Shown one piece after another: positions 52,169 to 64,000 of a stretch of DNA of 64,000 nucleotides. The stretch covers positions 12,586,001 to 12,650,000 of the forward strand of contig OZ024759.1 of NCBI GenBank assembly GCA_964016885.1. The letters run 5' to 3'. The notes under the pieces were generated by a model. It saw nothing but the letters and a program-made list of their open reading frames with translations, was not told where the DNA came from and searched no databases. Each line of letters begins with the position of its first letter. The first letter of the stretch is position 1. A program made the translations under genes and the position numbers. The stretch is from Eledone cirrhosa (Eukaryota).

Positions 52169-54150
52169 CTAGTTGAACAACCCGGCGTAGCCCGGGTTAC
52201 TGCTGTTCTTATTCAGATTAGTAAACAATAAATATGAAGATATATTGTTTTTCTCATAATTATTTCAAAATGTCTATATTTTATAAAAAGATATCCAAAT
52301 TGTAATGATAATAGAATTTAGAAATGAAAATCTGTCAGGGAAAACAATATTCCTTGTGTAACTTTTGTTGGCGTCCAAATGAATAAATTTTTGCTGCTTC
52401 CAACTGGTAAACAACCAACATAGAGTTGACCTTGGGAGAAGCACCTAGTAGAGAGATCAAGTCCAACTACCTTGAGGGATTGACCCTGAGATTTGTTAAT
52501 TGAAATAACAAACCTTAGTTTGACTGGAAACTGAAGCCACTTAAATTCAAATGGAACAGCTGTAGGTATGAGAGGAATTTTTAGAATAAAAACATTTTTT
52601 TCAATATTGTAAACAAATAAGTATCAACATCCAAAAGAAATATATATTATTATTTTTGTATGCAGTGTAAATTAACCAAATGTAAGCAAATGTATTAACT
52701 GCTAATTTAACGGTATGAGAATATAAATATAAACGAACAGGCACACATATATTGACACAAACACACACTTATAAAAAACACACACAGACATACATTCATA
52801 CAAACACACACATAGTTTCACCCACAAACAGACACACATACACTCACACAAACTTATAAAAACACACACACAGACATACATTCATACAAACACACACAGT
52901 TTCATCCACAAACAGACACACATACACTCACACAAACTTATAAAAACACACACACAGACATACATTCATACAAACACACACAGTTTCATCCACAAACAGA
53001 CACACATACACCCACACAAACTTATAAAAACACACACACAGACATACATTCATACAAACACACACAGTTTCATCCACAAACAGACACACATACACCCACA
53101 CAAACTTATAAAAACACACACACAGACATACATTCATACAAACACACACAGTTTCATCCACAAACAGACACACATACACCCACACAAACTTATAAAAAAC
53201 ACACAGACATACATTCATACAAACACACACAGTTTCATCCACAAACAGACACACATACACTCACACAAACTTATAAAAACACACACACAGACATACATTC
53301 ATACAAACACACACAGTTTCATCCACAAACAGACACACATACACTCACACAAACTTATAAAAACACACACACAGACATACATTCATACAAACACACAGAG
53401 TTTCATCCACAAACAGACACACATACACTCACACAAACTTATAAAAACACACACACAGACATACATTCATACAAACACACACAGTTTCATCCACAAACAG
53501 ACACACATACACCCACACAAACTTATAAAAACACACACACAGACATACATTCATACAAACACACAGAGTTTCATCCACAAACAGACACACATACACTCAC
53601 ACAAACTTATAAAAACACACACACATACATACATTCATACAAACACACACAGTTTCATCCACAAACAGACACACATACACTCACACAAACTTATAAAAAC
53701 ACACACACAGACATACATTCATACAAACACACACAGTTTCATCCACAAACAGACACACATACACTCACACAAACTTATAAAAACACATACACAGACATAC
53801 ATTCATACAAACACACAGTTTCATCCACAAACAGACACACATACACTCACACAAACTTATAAAAGACACACACAGACATACATTCATACAAACATACACA
53901 GTTTCACCTCCCATGTTTCATTGTATCAGTCGTCACAGAAATGTATGTATACTCACACACACACATACACTCTCATATACACTCACACATGAAAATAAAA
54001 ATTACATGTTGTTAATCGTGGGGTCTAATACTATTACCTGGTAAAATTTGATTTGATTTGGTCGAGCCGTTTGAGAATACTTAAGGAAAAGACAGACAGA
54101 CAGAGGCAAAGAATTATATATGTTATTCTCCACTTTTTCAATTATATATA
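52169..54150 (-). mobile_element. Non-autonomous Helitron with helicase remnant and internal ~84-bp tandem array
   Basis: 3' hairpin AACCCGG..CCGGGTT and terminal CTAG at 52169-52198. The - strand at about 52400-52600 encodes KIPLIPTAVPFEFKWLQFPVKL..ISINKSQGQSLKVVGLDL...FSQGQLYVGC (Pif1-like motifs V-VI). The 5' boundary near (TCTG)n is approximate. Confidence 0.85.
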
Positions 54151-54222
54151 TATTTATATATATATATATCTATATATCTATATATATATATATATATTTA
54201 TGCCTTTATGGTAAATAAAGAA

Positions 54223-54255
<33 letters not shown>

Positions 54256-56059
54256 AAGAGAGAGAGAAAGAGATGGAGGTACATGGCTTAGTGGTTAGAG
54301 CATTGGCCTTGTAATCGAAAGGTTGTGAGTTCAATTCTCAGACTGGGTGATGTGTTGTTTCCTTGAGCAAGACACTTTATTTCACATTGCTCCAGTTTAC
54401 TCAGCTGTAGAAATGAGATGATAGGGACTGGGGTCCCTATCATTCCACTGCAAAGTGGTCGTGGAGGTGCCACGGCAAAAAAGCACCCAACACTCACTGT
54501 AAATGAGGTTGGTGTTAGGAAGGGCATCCAGCTGTAGAAATCAAGCCAGAATCAGTCCGCGTCCCACCCTTGCAAGCAGGGAAAAGTGGATGTAAAATGG
54601 TGATGATGATAATATATATATATATATTATATATATATATATATATTATATATATATATATTATATATATATATATTGATTTTGATTGATTTCATTTTAC
54701 GTCCGTTTTTCCCTGCTTGCAAGGGTGGGACGGGAACTGATTCTGGCTTGATTTCTACAGCTGGATGCCCTTCCTAACACCAACCTCATTTACAGTGAGT
54801 GCTGGGTGCTTTTTTGCCGTGGCACCTCCACGACCACTTTGCAGTGGAATGATAGGGAACCCAGTCCCTATCATCTCATTTCTACAGCTGAGTAAACTGG
54901 AGCAATGTGAAATAAAGTGTCTTGCTCAAGGAAACAACACGTCACCCGGTCTGAGATGTGAACTCACAACCTTTCGATTGCAAGGCCAATGCTCTAACCA
55001 CTAAGCCATATATATATACTGTGTATATAGAGTTAACTTGTACAGTTGCACTACATCTGTACTTCTGTGTGACATAGTAAGCCCACAACAGGTCACCAGT
55101 GACATTGATCTATCTCACTGGTGACATAACTGTTGAATATTTTATTCATTATAATGTTGGCAGCTGGGGATTGTCACTGTCAATATCTTTGACATAGTCA
55201 TCGGCATCATTGTTTTCACCAACACCACTACCACCACCACTACCACTGCCACCACCACCGCCACTACTACCACTACCACCACCACTACCACCGCCACTGC
55301 CACCAACACCACCACTACCACCAACACCACCACTACCACCAACACCACTACCACCACCACCACTACCACCACTACCACCAACACCACCACCACCACTGCC
55401 ACCATCACCACCACCACTAGCACCAACACCACCACCACTACTACCGACACCACCACCACCACTACCACCGCCAGCAACAACACCACCACCACTACCACCA
55501 ACACCACCACCACTACCACCACCACCACTGCCACCACCACTACCACCAACACCACCACTACTACTACCAACACCACCACCACCACCACTACCACCAGCAC
55601 CATCGCCACTACCACCGACCCACCACCACTACCACCACCACCACTACCACCGACACCACCACCACTGCTACCACTACCACCACTGCCAGCAACACCACCA
55701 CCACCACCACTACCACCACCACCAGCAACACCACCACTACCACCACCACTACCACCAGCGACACCACCACCACCGCCACCACTGCCAGCAATACCACCAC
55801 TACCACCACCACCAGCAACACCACACCAGCAACACCACCACCACCACCACTACCACCACCACCAGCAACACCACCACTACCATCACCACCACCAGCATCA
55901 CCACCCACACCACCACTACCACCATTACCACCACTACCACCACTGCCAACAACACCACCACTACCGCCACCACCACCACCACCACCACTATCAATAACAA
56001 CACCACCAACAATAACAGCAATACAATCACCAACCAGAGGCATAACTCGGGGGGGTTAC

Positions 56060-56827
56060 CTATGGCAAGCAGTGAAATTGTGTCCTTGCCAAACCTGCGC
56101 AGACTGGAAAGGAACAAAGCATCCATACTCCGTTGGATGTGTAATAGTAACGCGAACAGCAAAGCATAAATGAACTAAGTGAGAAATTAGGAATAAGAGG
56201 GATCAGATGCTGTTTACTCAAGAGAAGACTACGTTGGTATGGTCACCTGATGCGCATGAACGACGACAGCTGTATAAAACAGTGCAGGGCAATCAAAATA
56301 GATGGAAGTTACGGAGTAGGTAGACCCAGAAAAACCTGGGACGATTTGATAAATTCCGACCTTACACACTTACACCTCTCCAAGACAATGTCACTGGACC
56401 GAGATCTTTGGTGCTACACAGTAATACAGAAGACCCGCCCTGCCTATATACAAAGCGAAACCTACAGTCAGTAGGCACCTCTTAACCAAATATACACCCC
56501 CACTCCCACCAACACCACCCCTCTCTCTGTAAAGTTATGTTGGTACCACAACATCCAGTCCTAAATAAATGAGGTTGTGTAGGTGTCACAACAAAAAAAA
56601 AAACAGTCCACGATGTAATGTGGCCGTGTAGGCAACACGGTAAAAACCTCCCAGTCCACACTGTAAATGAGGTTGGTGTTAGGAAGGGCATCCAGCCGTA
56701 GAAAACCCGCCAGTCAGTCCTATACGAGCGAGACGACTAATCTTGCCTCAAGTGGGATAATTCCCGTCTAAACCCATGCTAGCGTGGAAGATAGACGTTA
56801 AATGATGATGATGATGATGATGATGAT
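56060..56827 (+). mobile_element. RTE-clade LINE 3' fragment
   Basis: LRRLERNKASILRWMC...RLRWYGHLMRMNDDSCIKQCRAIKIDGSYGVGRPRKTW, followed by the 3' UTR and (GAT)n. Confidence 0.85.
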
Positions 56828-56999
56828 ATATATATATATCATATAACTGAAATGGATCCTAGCTGGTTGCAGATTGCGTAATGGAGAACTTTCAGTTTTC
56901 TTCAAAATCAGCTGTGGAGGAGGGTGTTCTGAAAGTACAGTAGCCAGAGGGAGGAAAGAGCTTAGAGAGCTAATACCACTGTTGTCCACAAGGGGTTTT

Positions 57000-57530
57000 T
57001 CTCTGAAAGGGAAAGGCAGATTGTATGATGCTTGTATATGAACGGCGATATTACATGGTAGTGAGACCTGGGTGTTGAAAGAAATGAAGCTTGCATGCTC
57101 CGATGGATGTGTAATAGTAATGTACGCGAACGGTGAAGCATAAATGAGTTGAGAGAGAGACTAAACATAAGAGGTATCAAATGTAGTGTTCTGGCGAGGA
57201 GGTTGCGTTGGTATGGCCATATGATGTGTATGAAGGATGACAGCTGTATAAAAAAGTGCAGGACAGAGTAATGAAAATTGATGGAAGCTACGGAGTGGGT
57301 AGACCAAGAAAAACCTGGGACGAGGTGATAAAAACTGTCTGTGGTCACTTACACATCTCTAAGACAATGTCACTGGATCTTTGGTGTCATGCAGTTGTAC
57401 AGAAGACCCCGCTTCCCTTGCATACAAACCTACACTCAATAGGCACCTCTTAACCCACATCAAATGGAACAAAACCGTCTAACCCATGGTAGTGTGGAAG
57501 ATGGACGTTAAACGATGATGATGATGATAC
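57000..57530 (+). mobile_element. RTE-clade LINE 3' fragment
   Basis: Degenerate [15 protein letters not shown]...[12 protein letters not shown] with a (GAT)n tail. Confidence 0.8.
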
Positions 57531-57540
57531 ATAGATACAC

Positions 57541-57642
<102 letters not shown>

Positions 57643-59352
57643 ATATGTATATATATATATATATATAACAATATATTTAGAAACACACAGATACATGCGG
57701 ACACACACATATACATGAATGCATCCGCACCCAACCGTGAGTTAAGGGTGCCCACTTCACCGATGTTGCTCAATGATTGACTGGGACAGACCAATCAGGT
57801 TGAACTAGACTGAACCAGTATCAGAGTTAAAAATACATTATGAAGAGAGAAGAAACATTTAGATATAATTAGTAATAAAATGTATCATACCTAAACTGCT
57901 CCTAGATTCCTCGACTACGTAGTTTCGTGGCATAAACAAAAACAATACATCATAAAGATATAGAGTCCTTGCGAGGTCTGCCGACTTATCAAGAGGATAC
58001 CTCATTTTACTAGTCTCAAGAACGCGTCTACACGACGTGAGAAAGAATCCCAAAAGGCGGAGGGGGAGACAGTCACGCGATATAACGGTCGAGAAACAGA
58101 GCTAAGCCTCTTATAACCCCGAAGAAAATACCACAGAGGCGGAGGGGGTATTTATATCAAAGCCGTAGAAGAGGTGGTGAAGGAGGCAAGAAGTATGAGT
58201 AATGGAAGCTATCTAGCAGTCCCCACACTTCAAAGATTGCTCGACCAGAGGGAGTTATTAACAATATATTTAGAAACACACAGATACATGCGGACACACA
58301 CATATACATGAGTGCATCTGCACCCAACCGTGAGTTAAGGGTGCCAACTTCACCGATGTTGCTCAATGAATGACTGTTAATAAATGTTAATAAATGAAAA
58401 ATATTCTCATAATCAAAATATATATTTTTATTATACATATTTCAAAGGTAACCCATGCTAGTGTGGAAGATGGACGTTAAACGATGATGATGATGATACA
58501 TAGATACACATATATATAAATATACATATATATATATATAAGAATAAAGGCTCCTATGAGGTTATTTGTCGGAGATTTCTTCATAGGAGCCTTTATTCTT
58601 ATAGCTTGGTCTAATTGATTTTTTATATGGTTAATTATACTAATTGGGAGAGGAAACGGTATATATTTTATCTGGCGATTCTATAGACATGTTTTATGAT
58701 ATATATATATATATATATATACATATTATTCAAAATGTTAATAAATGAAAAAATATTCTCATAATCAAAATATATATTTTATTATACATATTTCAAAGGT
58801 ACAATGGTGTTTAAGTATGTTTTCAACAGACAATATATAAGATTTGATATGTGACATACCGCTACGGTTTTGATTATTCAATTCCAATAGTGGCAGTGAT
58901 TTATTTCACCAAATCTCAACATTTTTATACCACAAATAATATGATAAACTTAAAGAAGAAAAGGACGTAAAGTTGTATTCTTTGATTAATCAACGAACCA
59001 TATTAATCTTTGGTTATATATATACATACATATTTATATGGAATGTAGAGAAGTGACGCACAAGTTGGTATATATAAAATAGTAAAAAAGAAAAAAAACA
59101 GTAGTAAATGCTAAAGGGATTTTCTCTCAGAATAACATCAAAACATTTATGTACAAAATAGGAATTTCTGCATTATTTGTATCAGTTTCAGCTTGTACGC
59201 TTTTTCACACGATGGAAGTGTATAATATAATTAAATTGTATATTAATAAGAATAATAAGAAGATGGGGAAAAATTGTTTTTACATCCATATTTAGGGAGA
59301 AAAGTTCAGATTTTTGTCTGTAGTTTTCTTTCTTGACCTTAGCCTTACCAAC

Positions 59353-59425
<73 letters not shown>

Positions 59426-59495
59426 CAGAACAAGTAAACATTAAACAATCTTTCAAATAAATTAAAATACGATTTAAATATTTACCTCTTCTAGT

Positions 59496-59575
59496 GCCAT
59501 GACCAACGGTTTCGCTTATCAAAAGATTGGAAATTCAGAGAATTTCCAATGGAAAGATATAGCTCTTCAGATGGC
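59496..59575 (-). ncRNA. Type I hammerhead ribozyme motif with canonical GUC
   Basis: Reverse complement: GCCAT-CTGAAGA-GCTATATC..ATTGGAAATTC(TCT)GAATTTCCAAT..GATAAGC-GAAAC-CGTTG-GTC-ATGGC. Confidence 0.8.
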
Positions 59576-59885
59576 TTTTCCAAATCTACTAGACATAAGT
59601 CCGTATAGATGTAGATATATCACCCTCTGCCCAGTGAATGAATCAAGCCGTTAAAATGACCCACACACTTATTGGACCGTTACTAGAAATAGCAGCATGA
59701 TACAGCATTTTTTTCTCTACATTAAGGAGAATAAGATAAATGATATAGATATCCCAGTAGGTACTAGGTACCCATGGAAATATATATGGTGTCTATAATA
59801 GTGGTTGTTCTATGGTACTAATTTGAGATACCAGAACTGTATATATATATATATACACATATATATACACATATATATATATATT

Positions 59886-59917
<32 letters not shown>

Positions 59918-60347
59918 TATATATATTTATATATATATATTGGAAAAAAAGGAAAAGAATGACTTCACTTGTAGTGTTAAATAATTTTTTATTTAATTTT
60001 ATAATATGATAATATTATGAGTTGGTAGATCTAGTAAGTTCTTTGTTAACTTCAGTGGGAAGAATTTTAAAGATTCCTGGTTAACTTTGTTGGAGAACTT
60101 TATATATACCTAACTGTACCAAGGATCTCACACATTTTCCAATATATATCTATATATCTATATGTATATATAATAATAATAATAATGAAATTATTGTGTA
60201 AAGTGCTCAGGTGCACTACAACTCGTCAATATAGTACATAGAATAATACACAAATGTCAGGGAAGTACATGTTTGTATGTGTTAGCTGTAGTGTTGGCGG
60301 ATCTCTCTCTATATATATATATATGTGTGTGTGTGCGTGCATATAAT

Positions 60348-60390
<43 letters not shown>

Positions 60391-60668
60391 ATGTATATAT
60401 AAGCAAAAGAGATATTCAATTTGTTGGTAATTCAACAAATATAAATGCTTATAACTTATTCAAAGCACTCAACAGATTTTCTGGAGTATAATATTCAATG
60501 ATATTAAATAAATGGGAACTATATTTATAAAACCATATTTATTCTATTATATAAGGGTACCAAAACTTTGGTACGCTCTCATCAGATAAAATACAAAGTT
60601 TGTTTTATAAATATTGACATAACCAGGAAGAAGAACTTAACGGTTCAAGTTTTTCCTGGATATGTGTG

Positions 60669-60705
<37 letters not shown>

Positions 60706-61264
60706 TTTACGTCCGCTTTTCCCTGCTTGCAAGGGTGGGACGGGAACTGATTCTGGCTTGATTTCTACAGCTGGATGCCCTTCCTAACACCAACCTCATT
60801 TACAGTGAGTGCTGGGTGCTTTTTTGCCGTGGCACCTCCACGACCACTTTACAGTGGAATGATAGGGACCCCCGTCCCTATCATCTCATTTCTACAGCTG
60901 AGTAAACTGGAGCAATGTGAAATAAAGTATCTTGCTCAAGGAAACAACACATCACCCGGTCTGAGAATTGGGTGATGTGTTGTTTCCTTGAGCAAGACAC
61001 TTTATTTCACATTGCTCCAGTTTACTCAGCTGTAGAAATGAGATGATAGGGACTGGAGTCCCTATCATCATGTGTGTGTATATATATAAACACCCTTTGT
61101 TGACTGACCACATAATAATACACTCTCATTTCATATCTCTGCTGCTTCCTTTAGCCTGAATCTGCACCTAACACTGTTAAACAACCTCAGAATATATAAA
61201 CCCCCTTTGTTGACTGACCACATAATAATACACTCTCATTTCATATCTCTGCTTCTTCCTTTAG

Positions 61265-61468
61265 CCTGAATCTGCACCTAACACTGTTAAACAACCTCAG
61301 AAAACTTCCAAATATGTTGAAGAACTTGTGAGAAAGTTTGTTTCTCACCATAAAGACAACCTACTCTCAGCCTTCAAACAAGCCGACTATGCCTCCATAA
61401 ATGTCATCTCCAAAGAGGATTTCCTGTTCATCTTGCAGGATTTTGGTATTGAGCTTGAGCCAGGACTT
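61265..61468 (+). CDS. EFCAB6: EFCAB6-like exon 12 (gene continues beyond window)
   Basis: cctttag acceptor, ctt|gtaagt donor. Encodes PESAPNTVKQPQKTSKYVEELVRKFVSHHKDNLLSAFKQADYASINVISKEDFLFILQDFGIELEPGL. Confidence 0.88.
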
Positions 61469-62973
61469 GTAAGTATTTTTAATCTGGGCGGTGCATTGGC
61501 AGAAACGGTAGAGTGTCAGATAACATGCTTTGTGGTATAGAGTTACGGCCCTTTACATTCTGAGTTCAAATCACATTGAAGTTAGCTTTGCCTTTCATCT
61601 CTCCCCAGGTCGGTAAAATAATGCAATGGGGTTGATTTAAATGACTTTCCTCTCCCTCAAAATCGTGGGCCTTGTCCCTAAATTAGAAACCATTATTATT
61701 TTTATTTTTAATCTGGGTAGGTTTGCAGAATTGATAAAGCATCAGACAACATGCTTTGTGTCATATAATTATAAATTGAAAAAAAAGTCCGTCTCAATCC
61801 CGGAGATTCACCAGACCAGGGCTTATCTTGGTTTTCAGTGGTGTTAAGCTACTGAGAGTACAAGATTCCCCCTGGATAGGACACCAGTCCATCACAGTTA
61901 AATCCCCATTTTCAGCTGAGTATACTGGATCAATGTGAAATGAAGTGTTTTGCTCAAGAACACAACACAACCCACTATATTAGTACGACGCCACTACACC
62001 AGTTTACAAAAGACCTACCATATATCGTCTTTCCAAAAATTCTTTTCATGTTATTATTATTGTTACTGTCATTACTATTTTACACATCTATCTACTCACC
62101 ATTATGCTTTCCAGCATAGTTACGTCCCTTTAAGTTCAAATCCCGCCAAGGTTGACTTTGCCTTTCATCCTTACGGGGTCGATAAAATAAAGTACCAGTA
62201 ATACACTGGGTGATTGCTGGCCTTGTGCCTAACGTAGAAACAATTATAACTCGAGGTCAACTTTGCCTTTCATCCTTACGGGGTCGATAAAATAAAGTAC
62301 CAGTAATGTACTGGGTAATTGCTGGCCTTGTGCCAAAAGTAGAAACAATTATAACTACGACTAGTGCAGTGGATTGGCAGTATCGGTAGAGAGTCGGACG
62401 CCATGCTTTCCAGCGTAGAGTTACGGCCCTTTGCGGTCTGAGTTCAAATCCCGCCGAGGTTGACTTTGCCTTTCATCCTTACGGGGTTGATAAAATAAAG
62501 TACCAGTAATGTACTGGATAATTGCTGGCCTTGTGCCAAAAAAGTAGAAACAATTATAACTGCGACTACTACCACCACTACTATTATTATCAGTAACTGT
62601 ATTTATTTATTTATTTATTATTATTATTATTATTTATTCTATCCGGGGTCGATAGAATAAAGTACCAGTAATGCACTGGGTAATTGCTGGCCTTGTGCCA
62701 AAAGTAGAAACGATTATTATTATTATTATTATTGTTATTATTATTAAGACGCATAGTTACGTCCCTTTACGATCTGAGTTCAAATCCCGCCGAGGTTAAC
62801 TTTGCCTTTCATCCTTACGGGGTCGATAAAATAAAGTACCAGTAATACACTGAGATAATTGCTGGCCTTGTGCCAAAAGTAGAAACAATTATTATTATTA
62901 TTGGAGTCTCAGTCATTGATGTTATTTAACTGGAAAGTTTGTTGAAATGAATATCAAGCCACTACCTGCAGCC

Positions 62974-63156
62974 TCAGACATTCAGGACGTATCGGAGGGT
63001 TCTTGCTGTTCCCTGCAAGCATGTCTTTTGAAGTGTTCCAAAAAGCGGGGCTGGACTAATCTTCTTTAACCATCCCTGGAAACTCTTTGAGATAGTACCC
63101 AGTGCACCTATGACAATCAGGACGACCTTGATTTCATGGCATATTATTGTTTTCAT
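62974..63156 (-). mobile_element. R4/Dong-like RLE retrotransposon C-terminal fragment
   Basis: VVLIVIGALGTISK...LQKTCLQGTARTLRYVL, a typical RLE-element C-terminus. Confidence 0.7.
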
Positions 63157-63211
63157 TTATGTTATTCACCGATGTATCTATAAATACCAGTGCCCTGTTT
63201 TATATACACAC

Positions 63212-63320
63212 CAATATTCTGATGATTTAATCAGGTAAACACTGTAATTAAGGTTGAGTGACGTAATTTCTAACGATCAACGGCTTTTAGACTCACCTAA
63301 TGAAACAATTGTTAATACTG
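63212..63320 (+). ncRNA. Hammerhead-like motif with extended helix II region (same family as 1208-1318)
   Basis: CAATATT-CTGATGA-about 75 nt-GAAAC-AATT-GTT-AATACTG. The downstream tail (gaccatgttattcttca) is shared with about 1320-1365. Confidence 0.5.
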
Positions 63321-63362
63321 TAAATAAACCCTTTTTGTACAGCTGACCATGTTATTCTTCAT

Positions 63363-63414
<52 letters not shown>

Positions 63415-63654
63415 ATATATATATATATAGGAACGAGTAGGACCCCGACAGCTGAGCTCAAGCCGTTTCGATGGCTAATTCTGGACTAAATTTAGTCCAG
63501 AATTAGCCGTCGAAACGGCTTGAGCTCAGCCGTCGGCGTTCTACTCGTTCCTATTATCCACTCTACTACTCTAAGTATTGAGTACTTTGGTGCGTTATGG
63601 TCTATCTGGTTCCTTACCACATTTCCTTCATTATATATATATATATACATACAT

Positions 63655-63771
<117 letters not shown>

Positions 63772-63896
63772 GTATAAAATAAAATATAGTGGATTGAGTT
63801 CATGAATTGGCGAAATAAAAAGTGATATAAAAAAAAAAAGAATAAGGAGTCGAAGACAAAAAACAAAAGATAATAAAAATACCTTTTACATACATA

Positions 63897-63988
<92 letters not shown>

Positions 63989-64000
63989 TATATATATATA

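Overview
This is AT-rich, repeat-dense eukaryotic DNA. Its SINE families and RTE tails resemble, from memory and without a search, those of octopod cephalopods. The window lies inside one large + strand gene. Twelve internal GT-AG exons between 8085 and 61468 splice in phase (1475 nt, about 491 codons) into a protein with many EF-hands, most like EFCAB6/DJBP; neither start nor stop codon is visible. The introns contain microsatellites, minisatellites, tRNA-derived SINEs, fragments of RTE, CR1, CRE and R4-type LINEs, a non-autonomous Helitron and TTAA-bounded MITEs. Most long ORFs in the supplied track are simple-repeat artefacts. The main unexplained signal is about 15 minimal type I hammerhead ribozyme motifs of several families. 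Many sit in non-coding fold-back elements of about 240-480 bp that carry a hammerhead on each strand, probably derived from Penelope-like elements. Other notable features are a 36-bp satellite born inside an RTE 3' end, a duplicated splice acceptor, inverted CR1 copies flanking exon 7 and a tandem hairpin array.
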